A DNA stretch of 64,000 nucleotides, taken from positions 4,206,677 through 4,270,676 of the forward strand of contig MU054117.1 of the NCBI GenBank assembly GCA_013239625.1. The letters are read 5' to 3'. The position numbers were made by a program, and so were the translations under genes. Under the pieces are notes generated by a model, which saw nothing but the letters and a program-made list of their open reading frames with translations, was not told where the DNA came from and did no database searches. This stretch comes from Lama guanicoe. Its lineage: Eukaryota. Shown piece by piece: positions 49,531 through 62,443 of the stretch. Position 1 is the stretch's first letter. The number at the start of each line of letters is the position of its first letter.

Positions 49531-52500
49531 ATAAGGGATTCATTTTTCTTTTTTTATCCCAGCACTACTCCGCATCGCTGGCACACAGCAGCCCCTGCTA
49601 AGTCGGTGTTATCTGCACAAACAGCTCTGCCCCTGAAACTCCAATACGCTCACCCCCGAGGACCTTCCGCACAGCACGGGGCGCTGGCGTTCACTTGTCT
49701 CACTCATGGTTCTGTTCAGAGACTGTAACGTGCTATGTTGTATCTGACTCAGGATGCCCCGCCCCGGGCCTCCGGCTCCCAGATGGGAGGGACCGTGTCT
49801 CACCAGCTCACAGCACCGAGGACCCTGCCCCGCGAGGATGCACGTTTACTTGGGGCGGGGGGGGTCCCCGGCACACACTGCTCTCCCTGGTCCCCAGAAC
49901 ACTCTCTGCCCTGAACCACTCTCTCCAGAGATGGCAGAGAGTAGTGAGACAAGGAGAAAACGGCTTTTGGAGGGAAACACGGGTGACGTCCAAATGCTAG
50001 GTCATCTGGACGGAGAACAAGGCTGGATGACAAATCTAGACAACAGTTACTCATGAAAATTCATAGATTTCTACACGCCGCACCCAGTCAGTGCCCCGCC
50101 ATGTGCTCGGAGGCCTCAGAGGCTCTCACACAATCCTCGCCCTGCCATCAGCCTCCTCTTCCTCAAACCTCGCCCCTGTTCGCCTCAGATCCGGGACACT
50201 GATGCCAGAGCGCCCGGCCGGGGCCCACGTGGGAGCTGAGGACCTCGGGAGGCTGTGAGGCACCGGGCAGAAGGGGCGACTCTGCCAGTGCTGTGGCATC
50301 ACCGAAGCGCCCGGCCTCTCCTGCCTGTAAGCTTCCTCCTTGGCCTGTACATGCACCTAAAACATCAGAAATGACATGGGGGTGGGGGGGAGCAAAGGGC
50401 GCATGGATGGGGGAGGGGAGGGTGCCCCGGCGGCTGACGAAGCTGCAGATTTATCTTCCTCACAAGACTACAGTTTCACTCTGAGCATCATTAATCAGTT
50501 CAAGAGCCATAACCACAGCCACGCGAAGCCACCCTACAATGACCAAGGGAAGGAGGCCCACGTCGGGAGGGGCCGGGGGGCGGTTCAAAGCTACAGAAGG
50601 GCTATCGACAGGGACAGAGGCTGAAGCACCCCAGGTGGGTAGGGCTCCGGCTAGACCGCACCCCACACACTACCCCGCACCCACCCCGGGGTCGTCACGT
50701 AGCAGTACATACCCTGAAGACAGTCCCAAAACGGCACGGGAAAGTTCGGCAGGTGCTAAACTCTCCTGCTAAATTCTCCGCTTTGCTTCGCACAGTAGCC
50801 CAGTGTCTGAGAGATGAGGCTGACCACCTGAACCCCTGGGTCCTGCTGCCGGAGCTTCCAGAAGATCTGGAATCACGGCAGGTCTAAAGCTACGCGCCCT
50901 ACCTACCACCTGAAAGCACGCTCTTTGGCACCAAGCGCTCACTTCACTTCCAGAACCTTGTCAGCTCCACGTTTGGGGTCCTCCAAAGGCCTGCAAGGTC
51001 CCCGAGACCAGGGAGCACACCCCGCCCCCCACCGAGTCTCCCACAGCACCCACTTCACTGCCGCGGTCACAGAAGGGGTAGCGGTCTCTACCGGGGGGAT
51101 AACGTTTCCTACAGAGAAAGTTGTCTCAGTCTCTCTCCCCACTTCTCACAGGCAGCCCCCTTCCTGCTACTCCAGTTTCCTTTGGCAAAACCTCTGCTGA
51201 TGAAGAAACTTTAAATTCTAGTCGACGAGCCCGCTTCCTAAGAGGGAGGCCCACACACGTGGTTCTTTGCGTTGGAGCCAGTGCAATTCAGGTCGTCAAA
51301 CCTGAACTGTCCTAACGCAGGGACCCAGAGCCCCAAGACGCTGTAACTGATCGTGGCTCTGTCCCCAGGGTTGCGCGCCTCCCCTCTTCCGGCCGGCATC
51401 CTATGGGCAACCCCGTCAGTGGCTGCTGGGCGGAGGAGGGGGTGGCTCATCAAAGGAGGAGGGCTGGCGAGGGGGAGAGGCAAGTGGAAAAGCAACGATT
51501 TGTCCAGAACTTCACCCAAGAATGGGAACTGCTTCGTCCTCTCACTCACAGACTTCAGACACCAAGATTCTACCCCAAACAAGCATGGAAATCAGTCTGA
51601 AAGGAGAAGAAAATAGTCAAACTTAAAAAAAAAAATCCCCTGCTTTGAAAATTGAAATTCTGAATTTTTTCCTCCCTTTTCAGCAGAAAGGGCTAATTGG
51701 TTCCATCACACACTATCCAGCTGGCTGTGACGGTGAAGCTTTCTTCTTCAGGGTGACATCTACCATCTTTCCTCTCTGTTCTAGACCCAGGGAGAGAGAG
51801 ACCCCCACCTTTGGTCTTCTTGCTCCTGGAAGGGGGGCTGGCAAGGAGACAGCACTGAGCACCCTTTCCCCTCCCTCTCGCCCCAGAGAGAAGCAATGCC
51901 TCTGCTTAAACAAAGCATGGCTCACCAAGGACCCCCTACTGATCCCCAAAGTCCCTTCAAGTCACCAGGTACTTCACACCTGTTCATAATAACGCTCATC
52001 CCCAAGGGGAAAGGCTCACGTTTGCCCTCTGCCCAGCCCCAGCAACAGCTCCGCCCCCACCAGGGCAGCTCTGCAGCCCTGAATCCACGGGGCCAGGGCC
52101 GAGGCACAGCACAGGGCAGTACCTGAAAACACAGTCGTGACACAGCACCTGAGGCCTTGCAAGACACCCCTGGCTTCCTGGACACAAAGGCTTACCCAAA
52201 GCACAGTCTGCCTCCAAAGAGAGTCTCATTAAATCGACCAGGCCCACTGGGTGAGGGGGACTGCAGCTCAACTCCCTCCAGGCCAAACACAAAGGCAACG
52301 TTCATCCAGCAGGACAGGTACTTAGAGGGATGGTGCTGAACTCCTGGAAACCCATTTGGCTTTGATCCCCCCAGAACAGGGCCCAGTCCGCCCAGCATTC
52401 TGCTTTCATCCCTGTGTCCAGCCGGACATAAATCCAAACCAGACCCCCAGACGGTGCATTTAACAGAGACTATATTTACCCATCACCAAATCGTCTTGAC

Positions 52501-55500
52501 ATGTGCTTAATTACTCAAATGCCTTTAATCCCAAGCCTTTTCTTCTAACAAAATACAAACCAGTTGAGCTGGATGAACGATAAACCAGATGTTTACAGCA
52601 CACAACATGGTCTGGCTTCGGTCAAAATAATTAAGGCATTGCCTCCCGAGGAGGGAAGGGAGATGCCCAAAGCATACATTTGTTTAGATGCTCTGACACC
52701 AAAATGTCTATGAAAATGCAGCTCCAACAATCTGCAATTTTCTGTCTGTGAAAAGGTAACGACTTCCACGTGAAGGGACAGCAGGGGCGTTGGTGCTCCT
52801 CTGACGTGGTCAAGCGTGGGCTGCTCTCTGCAGGAGAACGCACGGGAAGGGCACCCCGGGATGCGCTGAGCTTGCGCGGTTCTGACCCTGCCGGCTGACC
52901 TTATGTTATGCTAATTAGGAGGCATCGTGGGCTGGGCCAAGTTTGTGATCGCTCACCTGCCACCTGCAGACCCCAAACTCACAAATACACACCGTCTCTG
53001 CACATGGTGTGTGCACGTGTCCACAATCCCTCATTTCCAGGGTAAACAAGAGTTTGTGCAAGGGGTCCTTATCATTCTGGCTACAGGAATACCTTACGTG
53101 TGCAGAGAGCTCTTGCCTGGATATCTCAGCTCTCAAAACAGAGAACCCAGAAGAGAAGCCATCTCGACCTCACCCAGCCCATCCCCTCATGTCGGGTACC
53201 TTCCCGCAGCAGAGCCCCCCAGATCCTCCTTCAAGGCCTTACCATGCTCTCTTTACCCCAGGTCCTAATGAGCTGCTGCTTCTGTCTCCCGAAGAGCAAA
53301 GCAAAACTTGAAAGAGCAGAACTCAGGGAGGGAGGTTACCGGAGTCAAGAATTCAAAAAATCAGAGAGTGTGGGGCAAACCAAAATATAATTCTTTGGTA
53401 ATCCTTGAGGAAACACAAATAGCCTTATGTTCTCAATAATAATTCTGAATCATACAGAAAAGCTTACGTATGCATTTATAGATATGTGTTGCTCTAGTCT
53501 ATACGGGAAAGCAGGGAAATGTATGAGAGGTCTTAGAAAAATGTCTACAGGGGCAGATGTCGCCGAGGACCTTTCGAGCTGAACCCTGGACTGGATTCCC
53601 CTCTCACGCTGGTTCTAGGTCAGGTTCGCAGCCCAACTGCGGAAACCGGAGGGCCGTATGGTTTGAATCTCTGCATTCTATTTTCTTCCTCCTAGTTTTG
53701 ACATTCCATTTTGATTTGTGTTTTTTTCTGGTTCTTATTTTTTAATTTATTATTTACATCGTGCTGTTTTATTGTTTTTCTTGTAAGCCACCTCGGAAAT
53801 CTTGTGGAACAAGGGAGGAATATAAATAAACCAATACCTGCAACTTGTATGCGGCTTAATGCTTTGCAAACGCAGGGCATGCAAATAAATGCATTTTTCA
53901 CAAAGAAGAAAATGATAATGCTAGATAAATGGGAGTATTTCTGAATTATTACCTTCAGTTTCATTTTTCCATCTTCTAATCCTAATCTTTACCATCTTTT
54001 CCATCGTCTAATACCCACTATAACTGAGGACAATGGAAAAGGAATAAAGCTTTGTAAATGGTCACACAAGCAACGACCACATAAAAAGTAATTCTGAGGC
54101 TGAAGCATCAATGAAAACACCACGGGAAACAATTCCGAGCACAATCCTGCTCTTCCTTTTTCTTTTCTTTTTATGAGACAACCGTCCATTCTAGCCCATT
54201 TGTGCTTCTCTGTAAAAGCAGAGGGAAGGGCAATGAAATCAGAGCCTGCCCCCGGCTCAAAGGTCCCTGTTATCCTGAGGCCCCGCAACGTTATCACATT
54301 CCGCATTCCTTCCAATCTTCTAAGGAAGACGGTAAGTTGGCCAAAAAGCTGCAAGGGTCCTTGATTTTTCCCAGGCATAAGTCAAACAACTGAAAACTGG
54401 CCTTCGGGGTCCTCCTCTGCTGGGAAGCGGGGTTCAGTCAGATGTCCCTTGTTAGAAGCCAGTAAGTCACCAGCCACTACTGTGGAACCAACAGGCTGCA
54501 AAGACTCAGCCTGGACGCGTCCTGAAGGCAGTGGGGACAGGACTGGAGCAAGCGAACCCAGGCCAGACCCCGTTCTGACCGTGTCTCAGCATGCGACCCC
54601 CGACAGGCCACCCACCTGCTTTGTGCCCTTTGTGTAACTGACACGCCTCCCCTCCCTGGGAGCTCGGGAGCGAACCCTGGGTAATTTGTGTTGCTGCTCA
54701 GATGTCTCCGTGGAAGGTGGCTGCTCCTGACCTGCGTTCTGTCTGCCGGCTGCGCGCCTCTGCTGTGGTGCTGACCAGATTATCTCATAATTATCTGTTT
54801 ACACGTCTGTCTGCGTGGCTAAGCTAAGAGCCCCGCGAGCAGAGACACCGGGTCAAACTCATCTTGCGGTCCCTCGGGTTCTACACCACCATCTGACACA
54901 CAGCAGGTGTTCGATGATTTCTCAATGTCAAAAAAGAAAGGAATTTTGGAAAACTACTCAACAATAACAAAATTCTTAAGATGTTTGACTTTGTAACAAC
55001 ACACACACACACAAAACAGATCCTCAAAGGAAAAAAAAGAAAACTTCTGTGTTAAAGCAGAGTCTCTAAGGACCTTCTGACAATCTGGAGACTGTCCCTC
55101 CAAATAAACTTCAGTTTTTAAGAACTTCATAGTTTACAGTTTTGTATTTAATCTTTACAAAAACTCTGCAGGATGGGAACTGAGTTGAAGAGAAGTCATT
55201 TGTCCACAAAAGCACAGCTTCAGGAACTCACCAGCAACTGCTATGAAACTAACAGGCTGGGCACGTTTAATTAATTCACCAAGCCAAACCGACTGAGTGG
55301 AACGCGCCAGGCAGACAGCAGGTGCACTGGGCCTAGAAGAAGATCGAGACACACCTCCAGGACGGTCTCAGGAGTCTAAGGCACAAACGCAGATAATCAC
55401 CAAGGAAGACGTGGAGCTTGATGGGAGATCTGAGGAGAGGGCACCAAGGGAGACCCTGCGGCACAGAGATGTCCAGCCTGGGGACGGGCCCGGGTGAGAC

Positions 55501-57002
55501 TTGGGGAAAGACGTTCAGGCCAAGGGCGCAGCATCAGTGAAAACAGGAGGCAGTCACCTTCCTAGGAAGGGAAGCAGGAAAGAGGGAGGGGAGAGGGAGG
55601 AACGGGACGGAAATGAACACACTGAGAGCTGATTTTTAAGGTTCTGGGGAACCTCTCACCAGAGGTGTCCAGCCAGCAGTTGGCAACATCGGTCTGAAAT
55701 CGGGGGGAGAGGCAGGAAATAGAAATTCAAGGTTGCGAGTCTTTGGCATAGAGTGACAGTAAGGAGCTCAAGAGATCACAGCGAAGACACCATCTAACAC
55801 GCGGCAGGAGGAAGAGGAAGCCAGGGGAGTGTGGTCCATGAGGCAGAAATGGAAGGACAGCCCATCAGTAGAGCAGTGGCCCCTCCCTGGATACCAACTA
55901 TCTGAAGATGCAGGTTCAGGAAGAAGGCCTGGAAGGATTGCAGGAAGATGAAGATGGAGAAAAAGGCCATGGAATGTGGGAAGTAAGAAGGCAGATGTTG
56001 AAACTGAACTGTTATTTAAAATTCTGCAGCAAGATGAACACATCAAAGCAGAGTCTCACGTAACGGCCCCCGGGAGGCTCTGCGCCGTCCTAGTAACTGC
56101 GTCACTGCGCCCCGCCTGCTCTGCCTCTTCCCCGTCCCCCTTCCCCGGGCCCCCCGTGCACTCTCCAGCATCAGCTACCATTACTGCCATCGTGGGCTTT
56201 TGTTCTCGGCTTGGTGGTCCACTTCACTCACTAGACTTGCCTCTGAATGACTCCTTCCAACTCAAAGCTGCCCCAAAAGTCGAAGCTTTGCCACCTCCGA
56301 GAAAGCCGTCCTGAGTGACAGCAGCACCTTTGGAAAGAGAGTTCCGCCTGCAGAGTGATCGTGCGGACAGGACAGCGCTCGTGTCCGTGGGCTCACGGCG
56401 TGGCCCCTGCCATCACCTGTGTCTTCCCCACAACCCGTCGGCACCCGGGCTGCCCGCCTTACACCGCCAGCTCCCAAACGCTGAGGGTCTGGCTTCAAAG
56501 ACAAACACCCCCAAGTTCACAAAAAGAAACCATGGGGAAAGCAGGTTCAGCCAGAGCTGGTGACAAGAGTACTGAACTCAGAGGAGGCGCATTCAGGATG
56601 ATTCGCCGTCTCTGGGGCTCAGTTTCCTCTGACACCGAGTGAGGGGCCTGAACGAAAAGGCCTCTGAGATGCCTGCCTTCTTAAAAGCAAACAAATAAAA
56701 ACCAGCCATGATCCGGGTGGTTATTAAAACCTTCTGGAGACTGTGAACAGAGAGCAGCTGAATTTTGGGGATAAAGTGGAAGGTGTCGGCGGTGGTCCAG
56801 GGAAAGGAGAGAAAGGATGAGAGACATGGGGTGAAGGTCGGGGGGGTGGCCCTAGCCGCACGAGAAATGGGGCTCCCTCCGCTCCTGGGGGGAGGCAGGC
56901 ATCCCCTCCGTGTGGGCACCTCTTTGTGCTGCAGTCTGTCTGCTGAAAGGCCGACTCTGGCCCCCGGTCCCCATCACCCCGGCCACAGTGGGGGGTCCTT
57001 AC

Positions 57003-57054
57003 CCATCGTGTTGTTGGCTCGAGAGCAGGTCGTGCGTTTCAGGATCTCGTGCAC
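57003..57054 (-). CDS. ANO2: ANO2 coding exon, 52 nt (VHEILKRTTCSRANNTM-G)
   Basis: Acceptor ttttag|GTG and donor ATGG|gtaagg; phase 0 to 1. Not shown in the ORF track; read manually. Confidence 0.95.
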
Positions 57055-59404
57055 CTAAAACGGACACAACGGGGCTGTGAGCACCTGGACCACGTGCGTC
57101 CCCAGCCCCAGGGGGCAGCCCCACTTCCAGGCGGGGACCCAGGCCTGGGCCTGTGCCGGGCTTGGGGACTGCCTGTCAAACCCACTCAGACTTGACGGCT
57201 TTGAGGACACAAGACATCTAAGCCCCTCACACACACCCCGCCCCTCCGCCCCGCCCTGCAAAGTGAAGAAAAGGCTGTAAATTGAACGCAGTTAAGGAGG
57301 GAAGGAAAGACGAGGAGAGCCCAGACCCACAGGCCTCTGGAGGCCCAGGGGGGAGGCCGGGGAGGGAGGGGGGAGCCCCACACACTAGCCCCGAGAGCCC
57401 CTGGCTGGGGAAGGCCTGGAGTCCCGGCCCCGAGCCTGGTCACAGAGCTGCTCTGGGGAACCACGCAAGCACTCTGGCAACTGGAAAGGGCCACCTACAG
57501 CTTGGTCCTTCGTCACTTCTCTGTCCTTTTCCCAAGTCCTCATCTTGCCTCCCCTGGAGCGAGTCTGACGTCCTCAAGACTCCACGTCTCAGAGCACATC
57601 CCGAGCACACGGCTGCTGCCACCCAAGGAGCCCTGCATGTTGACACGTCAGCAGACCAACACGCCCCTGGGGCCGGCAGGGTCCTGCTGCTTGCCGGGCA
57701 GGGCAGGGGGCTGAGAGTCTCCCAGCCAAGGAGCAGGGACACGGAGGCACCATAAACTCGTGCCTTCCGAGCGGTCCCAAGCTGACGCCAGGCTACAAGG
57801 AGATGCCCAGTCAGGAGGTCAGCGCTGGACAGACAGCTGGGCTGCCCAGACGCCCACAGGGAAGGGGGCGCAGGGAGATGTCTACAGACGCGGGCGAGGT
57901 CCTCAGACCAGAGCCCGGGGCAGGGCAGACCCCAAGACAAAACTCAAGGCTCCTCTCTCCCCCATCCCAGTGTGGGGTGGACCCGGGAAATGGCAGGAGG
58001 AGAAGGAAGAAGCTTCCAGAAGAAGGAAAGATGTGCTTCTCCATCCCATTCACACCCTCACGTTCCAGCCCCAAACCTAGAGAGAGTGGTAAATGAGTAA
58101 CTCCCAGCAGAATGCGGCCCAAGAATGCTTAATTCGCTTATAATACAGTGCAGTACTCAACAGCAGTAATCATCAGGAGCAGCATTTATGTGGCCTTCTA
58201 TTATTTTATAAGCACGTTGCAACTCTCGGGTAATTTCTACAACACCCTCTAAGTGCCCTGCAGACGTGGGACCCAAGCCACAGGGACAGTTAAACGGCTT
58301 GTAATAGCATCAACCAAAACAATGGGAAATGTATGCTTTTTTTTCCGTAAGAAGATAAAAGAAATCATATGCCCATTTAAAATCTCCCCAAAACACTAGG
58401 CCAAGGGACTGAGGAGTTCGCTGGCCCATCCTGCAGAGTCAAGGCCGTGTTTTCAGCATGACTTGGAAATGTTCTGTAGCTAAGTCCAATCACCTGTCCC
58501 TTCTAAGCCTTCTTATCACCCTGCTGGCCTGGAAGTCCCTCTAGAGGTCTAACTGTTATTCTTCCTCCTGTTGAAACTTCCATTCTTTCCTAGGGATCAA
58601 TGGATATGGGCTGCCATGTTTCCACAGTGGCCTGAGCAAGGAACCAGCGTTCCTTGGGCCCCTCCTTCTCCACCCCCGATCCCCGTCCATGGGCTGGTGC
58701 TTTCCAGGTGGGTAAGGGATAAACGGCCCTCAGACAGGGGCTGCGAGGCACAGGCCACATGCAGGTTTTCACTGGAATCAACCATCCTGCAAAATTCAAA
58801 ACTTTGACTTCAAGAGGCAAAACTCAAGAAGAAGGGCGAAGAATGGCTCCAGTCACAGATGCTGGCTTCCTACCGAACAGGCCAGTAATTTTATTCCTGG
58901 ACAAATGGGCCAGCTCGAGCATCCCCTGGGACATAAATGCCGAGGACTCCTCTGGGGATGAAAGAACAAACACAGCGGCCCAGCAACGAGCCTCACTCGG
59001 ACACAAACGATCTGCATGAATTTTTTTGTTTCAATTCAAGGCATCTCAGAGCTTCTGTGTCCTCAACTGTCAAGCAAGGGGTCACTCAAATAGTGGAGAG
59101 TCCCCACCGGCTCTGACAGTCCCTGATTTTGTGATTTCGAGAAGGGCCTGGATGGAGAACCGTGGAAAGACAGCCCTCTCAGCCTGACACTGAGGAGAGC
59201 TCCGGGCTACTTCTCCCACCACGGGGACTGGGAAGCCCCCTGGACAGGCCTCCCAGTCGCTGTGCGACTCCCAGCAGATGACGGGAGGCGTGAGAGCCGG
59301 CCCAGGGAGGGCGGAGACCGCCCGGCCAAACGGAATTCAGGCCTCCCCAGCCCCTCCCCAGCCAACCACACCTGGTCGAGCACCCGCTCAGCCTGTTCAC
59401 TTAC

Positions 59405-59459
59405 AATGCGGCTACGGGTGGCGTTATCAAAGAAGGTGTCCTTGTCCTGGATGTTGTAC
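59405..59459 (-). CDS. ANO2: ANO2 coding exon, 55 nt (L-YNIQDKDTFFDNATRSRI)
   Basis: Acceptor ccccag|G and donor ATT|gtaagt; phase 2 to 0. Confidence 0.95.
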
Positions 59460-59739
59460 CTGGGGACACCGAGAAAGCAGAAGGTCAACTCACTTCACGA
59501 CCCTCATCCTGGGACCACTGCCACCCGGGCCCACAGCAAGACGTGCAAGACACACACACCCCCTCCACAAGGTTCACACTCTTTTTGGCCCAGTCATTCT
59601 GAAAACTTATCGCAGAAAGGTATCACAGGAAAATAAATTCAACAGAATAAACAAGCTCCATTAAGAAAATTGTCCATTACAAAGTTACTTACAATGAAGA
59701 CATGATACAATTCCAACACCTGTATCATGCGGCCGCTGA

Positions 59740-60380
59740 ACATTTCAGCACCCACCCCGAGCCGATTTCCGGGGAGCAGGGTGGTACGGGACGTGGAATC
59801 AACGGCCGGTGATTTAATCGGCCCTGTCTGCGTAATGAAACCTCCCTGAAGTCCCAGAAGGGTGAGATCTGAGGGCTTCCAGGTCGGTGAGTCAGAAGGC
59901 CTTCGTGCTGAGCCCCAAACCCCAGGGGGAACAGAAGCCCCTGCGTTTGGGACCTGGCCTTGTGACTCTCTTCACCTGCTGTTGATCCCCACCCTTCCAT
60001 GCGTTTGTAAGAAACGGGCAATCTAGCGAGTGAACGGGCTCCCTGAGTTCTGTGAGCCGCTCAAGCCAATTAAGCAAACCCAAGGAGGGGGTCTGGAACC
60101 TCTGCTGTGTAGCCAGCCGGTCAGAAGCACAGGTAACGACCTGGACTTGCTCAGGCCTCTGAGTAGGGGCCTGAGCCCTGTGATACTGAAGCCTCAACCT
60201 GGGAAGTCTGACGCTATCTCCAGGTGGACAGGCTCAGAACGGAGCTGGACGGCAGGACACCAGGCTGGGTGGAGGAATTTCTTGGTGGTGTGGGAAAACC
60301 CTTACACACACTCGAACTGGTGACCAGAACTGTAGCAGAATCGTTACTGGGGTAAGAATTCAATGGGGGAGCAAACACAA
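59740..60380 (+). mobile_element. ERVL-type LTR fragment (MER21-like)
   Basis: cgtaatgaaacctcc, ccctgagttctgtgagccgct, caaacccaaggagggggtc and ggtcagaagcacaggtaacgacctggacttg are MER21 hallmarks as recalled. Confidence 0.75.
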
Positions 60381-61065
60381 GTGTGCAGAGCTGTTATCTA
60401 ACAGGGCAGATGGGCAGGAGATGTGCCCCAGCGAGCGTCAGACACGTCGCCCCATCAAAGCCAGTTGCCCAGAAGGGACAGATCCCAGCCCTTCTCCGCC
60501 TTCCCCAGTCCCTTCCCTCCCTCTCCCACTTCCCCGTGATGACCCCCCCTCCCAGAGGCTTCCCTGAGGCAAGCGCTTACCCCTCCCCCCGGGCGGCGCG
60601 CGAGGAGGGGCCCCTCGCAGTCCACAGTCCCAGGAGCAGGCGGCTGGGAGGACGGACATCCAGACGCTCCACCCACCTTCTCTCGGGTTTTGCACAATTT
60701 GCTGAAACCCTGTTAGGCTGGGAACTGGGCAGAATGGTTCCCCACAGAGGACTAGACAGGTATCTGCCCATTTTTCTCAGAGTCCTGAGGTCTCTAGTTG
60801 TTCACTCCCTGAGTCACGCCAAATGACAGAGACGGCAGCTTTCCCGATCAGCCCCTGGATGAATATTCCAGAGCTCTTTGAGATCATCTCATTCAGGGAA
60901 GGGGATTCAGAAAGCAAACATGGGGACTATTCCAGCCTGAGAGCACCCGCCCTCCCCACCTCCCAGGCTCCGAGGCACTCACTCTGGGAACTGAGGCACT
61001 GAGCGATCCTTGACTTTCCACTCCAACCTCTCACACAACCCCCCCCAACCAGCTCCAATACTCAC

Positions 61066-61217
61066 AGGTACATCTTCTCCCTGGAGAACGGGTAGGAGAG
61101 GTTCTTCATCCTGCTGTGAGTGTGCTCAGGGACTCGGGGCTTCAGGGGCGAGCTCAGCTTCTGCAGAACCTTGTTGAACGTCTTGGCGATGCTGCCTTCT
61201 GACTTGATCTCATACAT
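61066..61217 (-). CDS. ANO2: ANO2 coding exon, 152 nt ([51 protein letters not shown])
   Basis: Acceptor ctttcacag|ATG and donor CT|gtgagt; phase 0 to 2; YPFSREK anoctamin motif. Confidence 0.95.
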
Positions 61218-61959
61218 CTGTGAAAGGCACAGCCACAGGTCTGAGAGGGAGGCGCATCCGATGCTCAGAGAGCGACTCACAGCCAGAGCCACCAGGGGCT
61301 CAGATCCCCCCGCAGGGGAACACGCTGGGGAGAGGAGACTGGAGAAGAAAGCGGTAGGTCCGTCCCTTCCCCCACTGCCTTCACAAGGACGTGAGCCCTC
61401 TCAACTGAGTGTGCCAACGGCGGGGACCAGGGTGGAGACACAGTGAGGAGTCCAAGCTTTCTCTGGGGCTGGGTGCATCATCACAGGAGACCTACTGTGT
61501 GACAACCACCACACTAAGTGCTTTACACAAATGAGCTCCGATGCACTCTGCACCCCAGCTAGGGAGATCATGTCATTCTCATATTGCGATGAGGAAATTA
61601 AGGCTCAGAAAGGTGAGATGAGTCCACAAAGGTCACGCAGAGTAACTGGGCGACCGCTTGGCTTGCGGCATCAACCTAATCCAAAGTCGGTGCTCTGCAA
61701 GGAACCCGCGCCCCCGTGTGACCAGCAGCCCCACTTCTTTCACGCTCCTCTGGGGAAACATCTGATGAATGAGTTTGCTTTCAACACCTGGTGAGCACCT
61801 GCCTTCAGTGAAGCACAGAGTTAGTACTAGAATAAGCACTGGTCCTCACGGCCCGCACAGGTTTCCGCGACGTGCGGAGCGCTTCCGCGTACCTTGCAGC
61901 TCCTAATGCACAGACGTGGCCACTGACACGCAGACGCTGTGCTTCTCACGGCAACGCTG

Positions 61960-62443
61960 CGACGGATTAACAACGGCCACACGTGTCTTTACCCAAGTAC
62001 TCCTTTCTGTGTTCCCACCCCGCTTAAGTCTGGGTGCGCTCTGTGGCACCTGAGCGAAAGCGACAGGATGCCAGCTCCACCCTTTAAGAAGATGGGGAGC
62101 TTCTGCCTTGGTCCCTTGGAGCTCGGAGCCCCGATAGGAAGTCTGTGCAGAGATGCTGAGAGGACGCAGAAAGGGAAGGGACCAGGCTGGGCCCACGCGG
62201 CCGGCCGCCCAACCACGCATCAGGCGAGCGAGGGAAGCCTTACTGGACCCTCCGGTCCAGCTCAACCCCAAGCTAAACAGCACCCAGTGACCCCAGTCAC
62301 CACCCCACAGAGCAGAAGGATTACCCAGCCCAGCTCTGCTCGAGTTACTGAGCCAAAATTCATGAGACAGAATAAAATGACTGTGTCTTAAGCTACTAAG
62401 TTTGGGCGAGCTTGTCCTGCTGCAGAAGATGATCTGAGCAACA
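61960..62443 (+). mobile_element. MaLR solo LTR (MLT1 family)
   Basis: aataaaatgactgtgtcttaagctactaagtttggg...gcagaagatgatctgagcaaca terminus. Confidence 0.7.

Larger units (their letters stand above)
664..61217 (-). other. ANO2: Anoctamin-2 (TMEM16B) gene, internal portion: 9 coding exons and 8 complete introns; the gene continues beyond both window ends
   Basis: Spliced translation MYEIK...[115 protein letters not shown]...[17 protein letters not shown]...[28 protein letters not shown] matches ANO2 as recalled. Motifs NATRSRI, CDQQNAF and [16 protein letters not shown] distinguish it from ANO1. All exon phases are compatible. Confidence 0.97.

Noticed and set aside
49809..49829. Canonically spaced RE1-like motif cacagcaccgaggaccctgcc
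   Set aside because: It mismatches the critical AG of GGACAG and the leading TT.
48642..57002. ANO1-style alternative 'segment b' exon in the equivalent intron
   Set aside because: I could not recognise a candidate with suitable splice sites and similarity by eye; RNA-seq would be needed.
664..61217. ANO1 (TMEM16A) as the gene identity
   Set aside because: Exon sizes are similar, but diagnostic residues ([38 protein letters not shown]) match ANO2 rather than ANO1.
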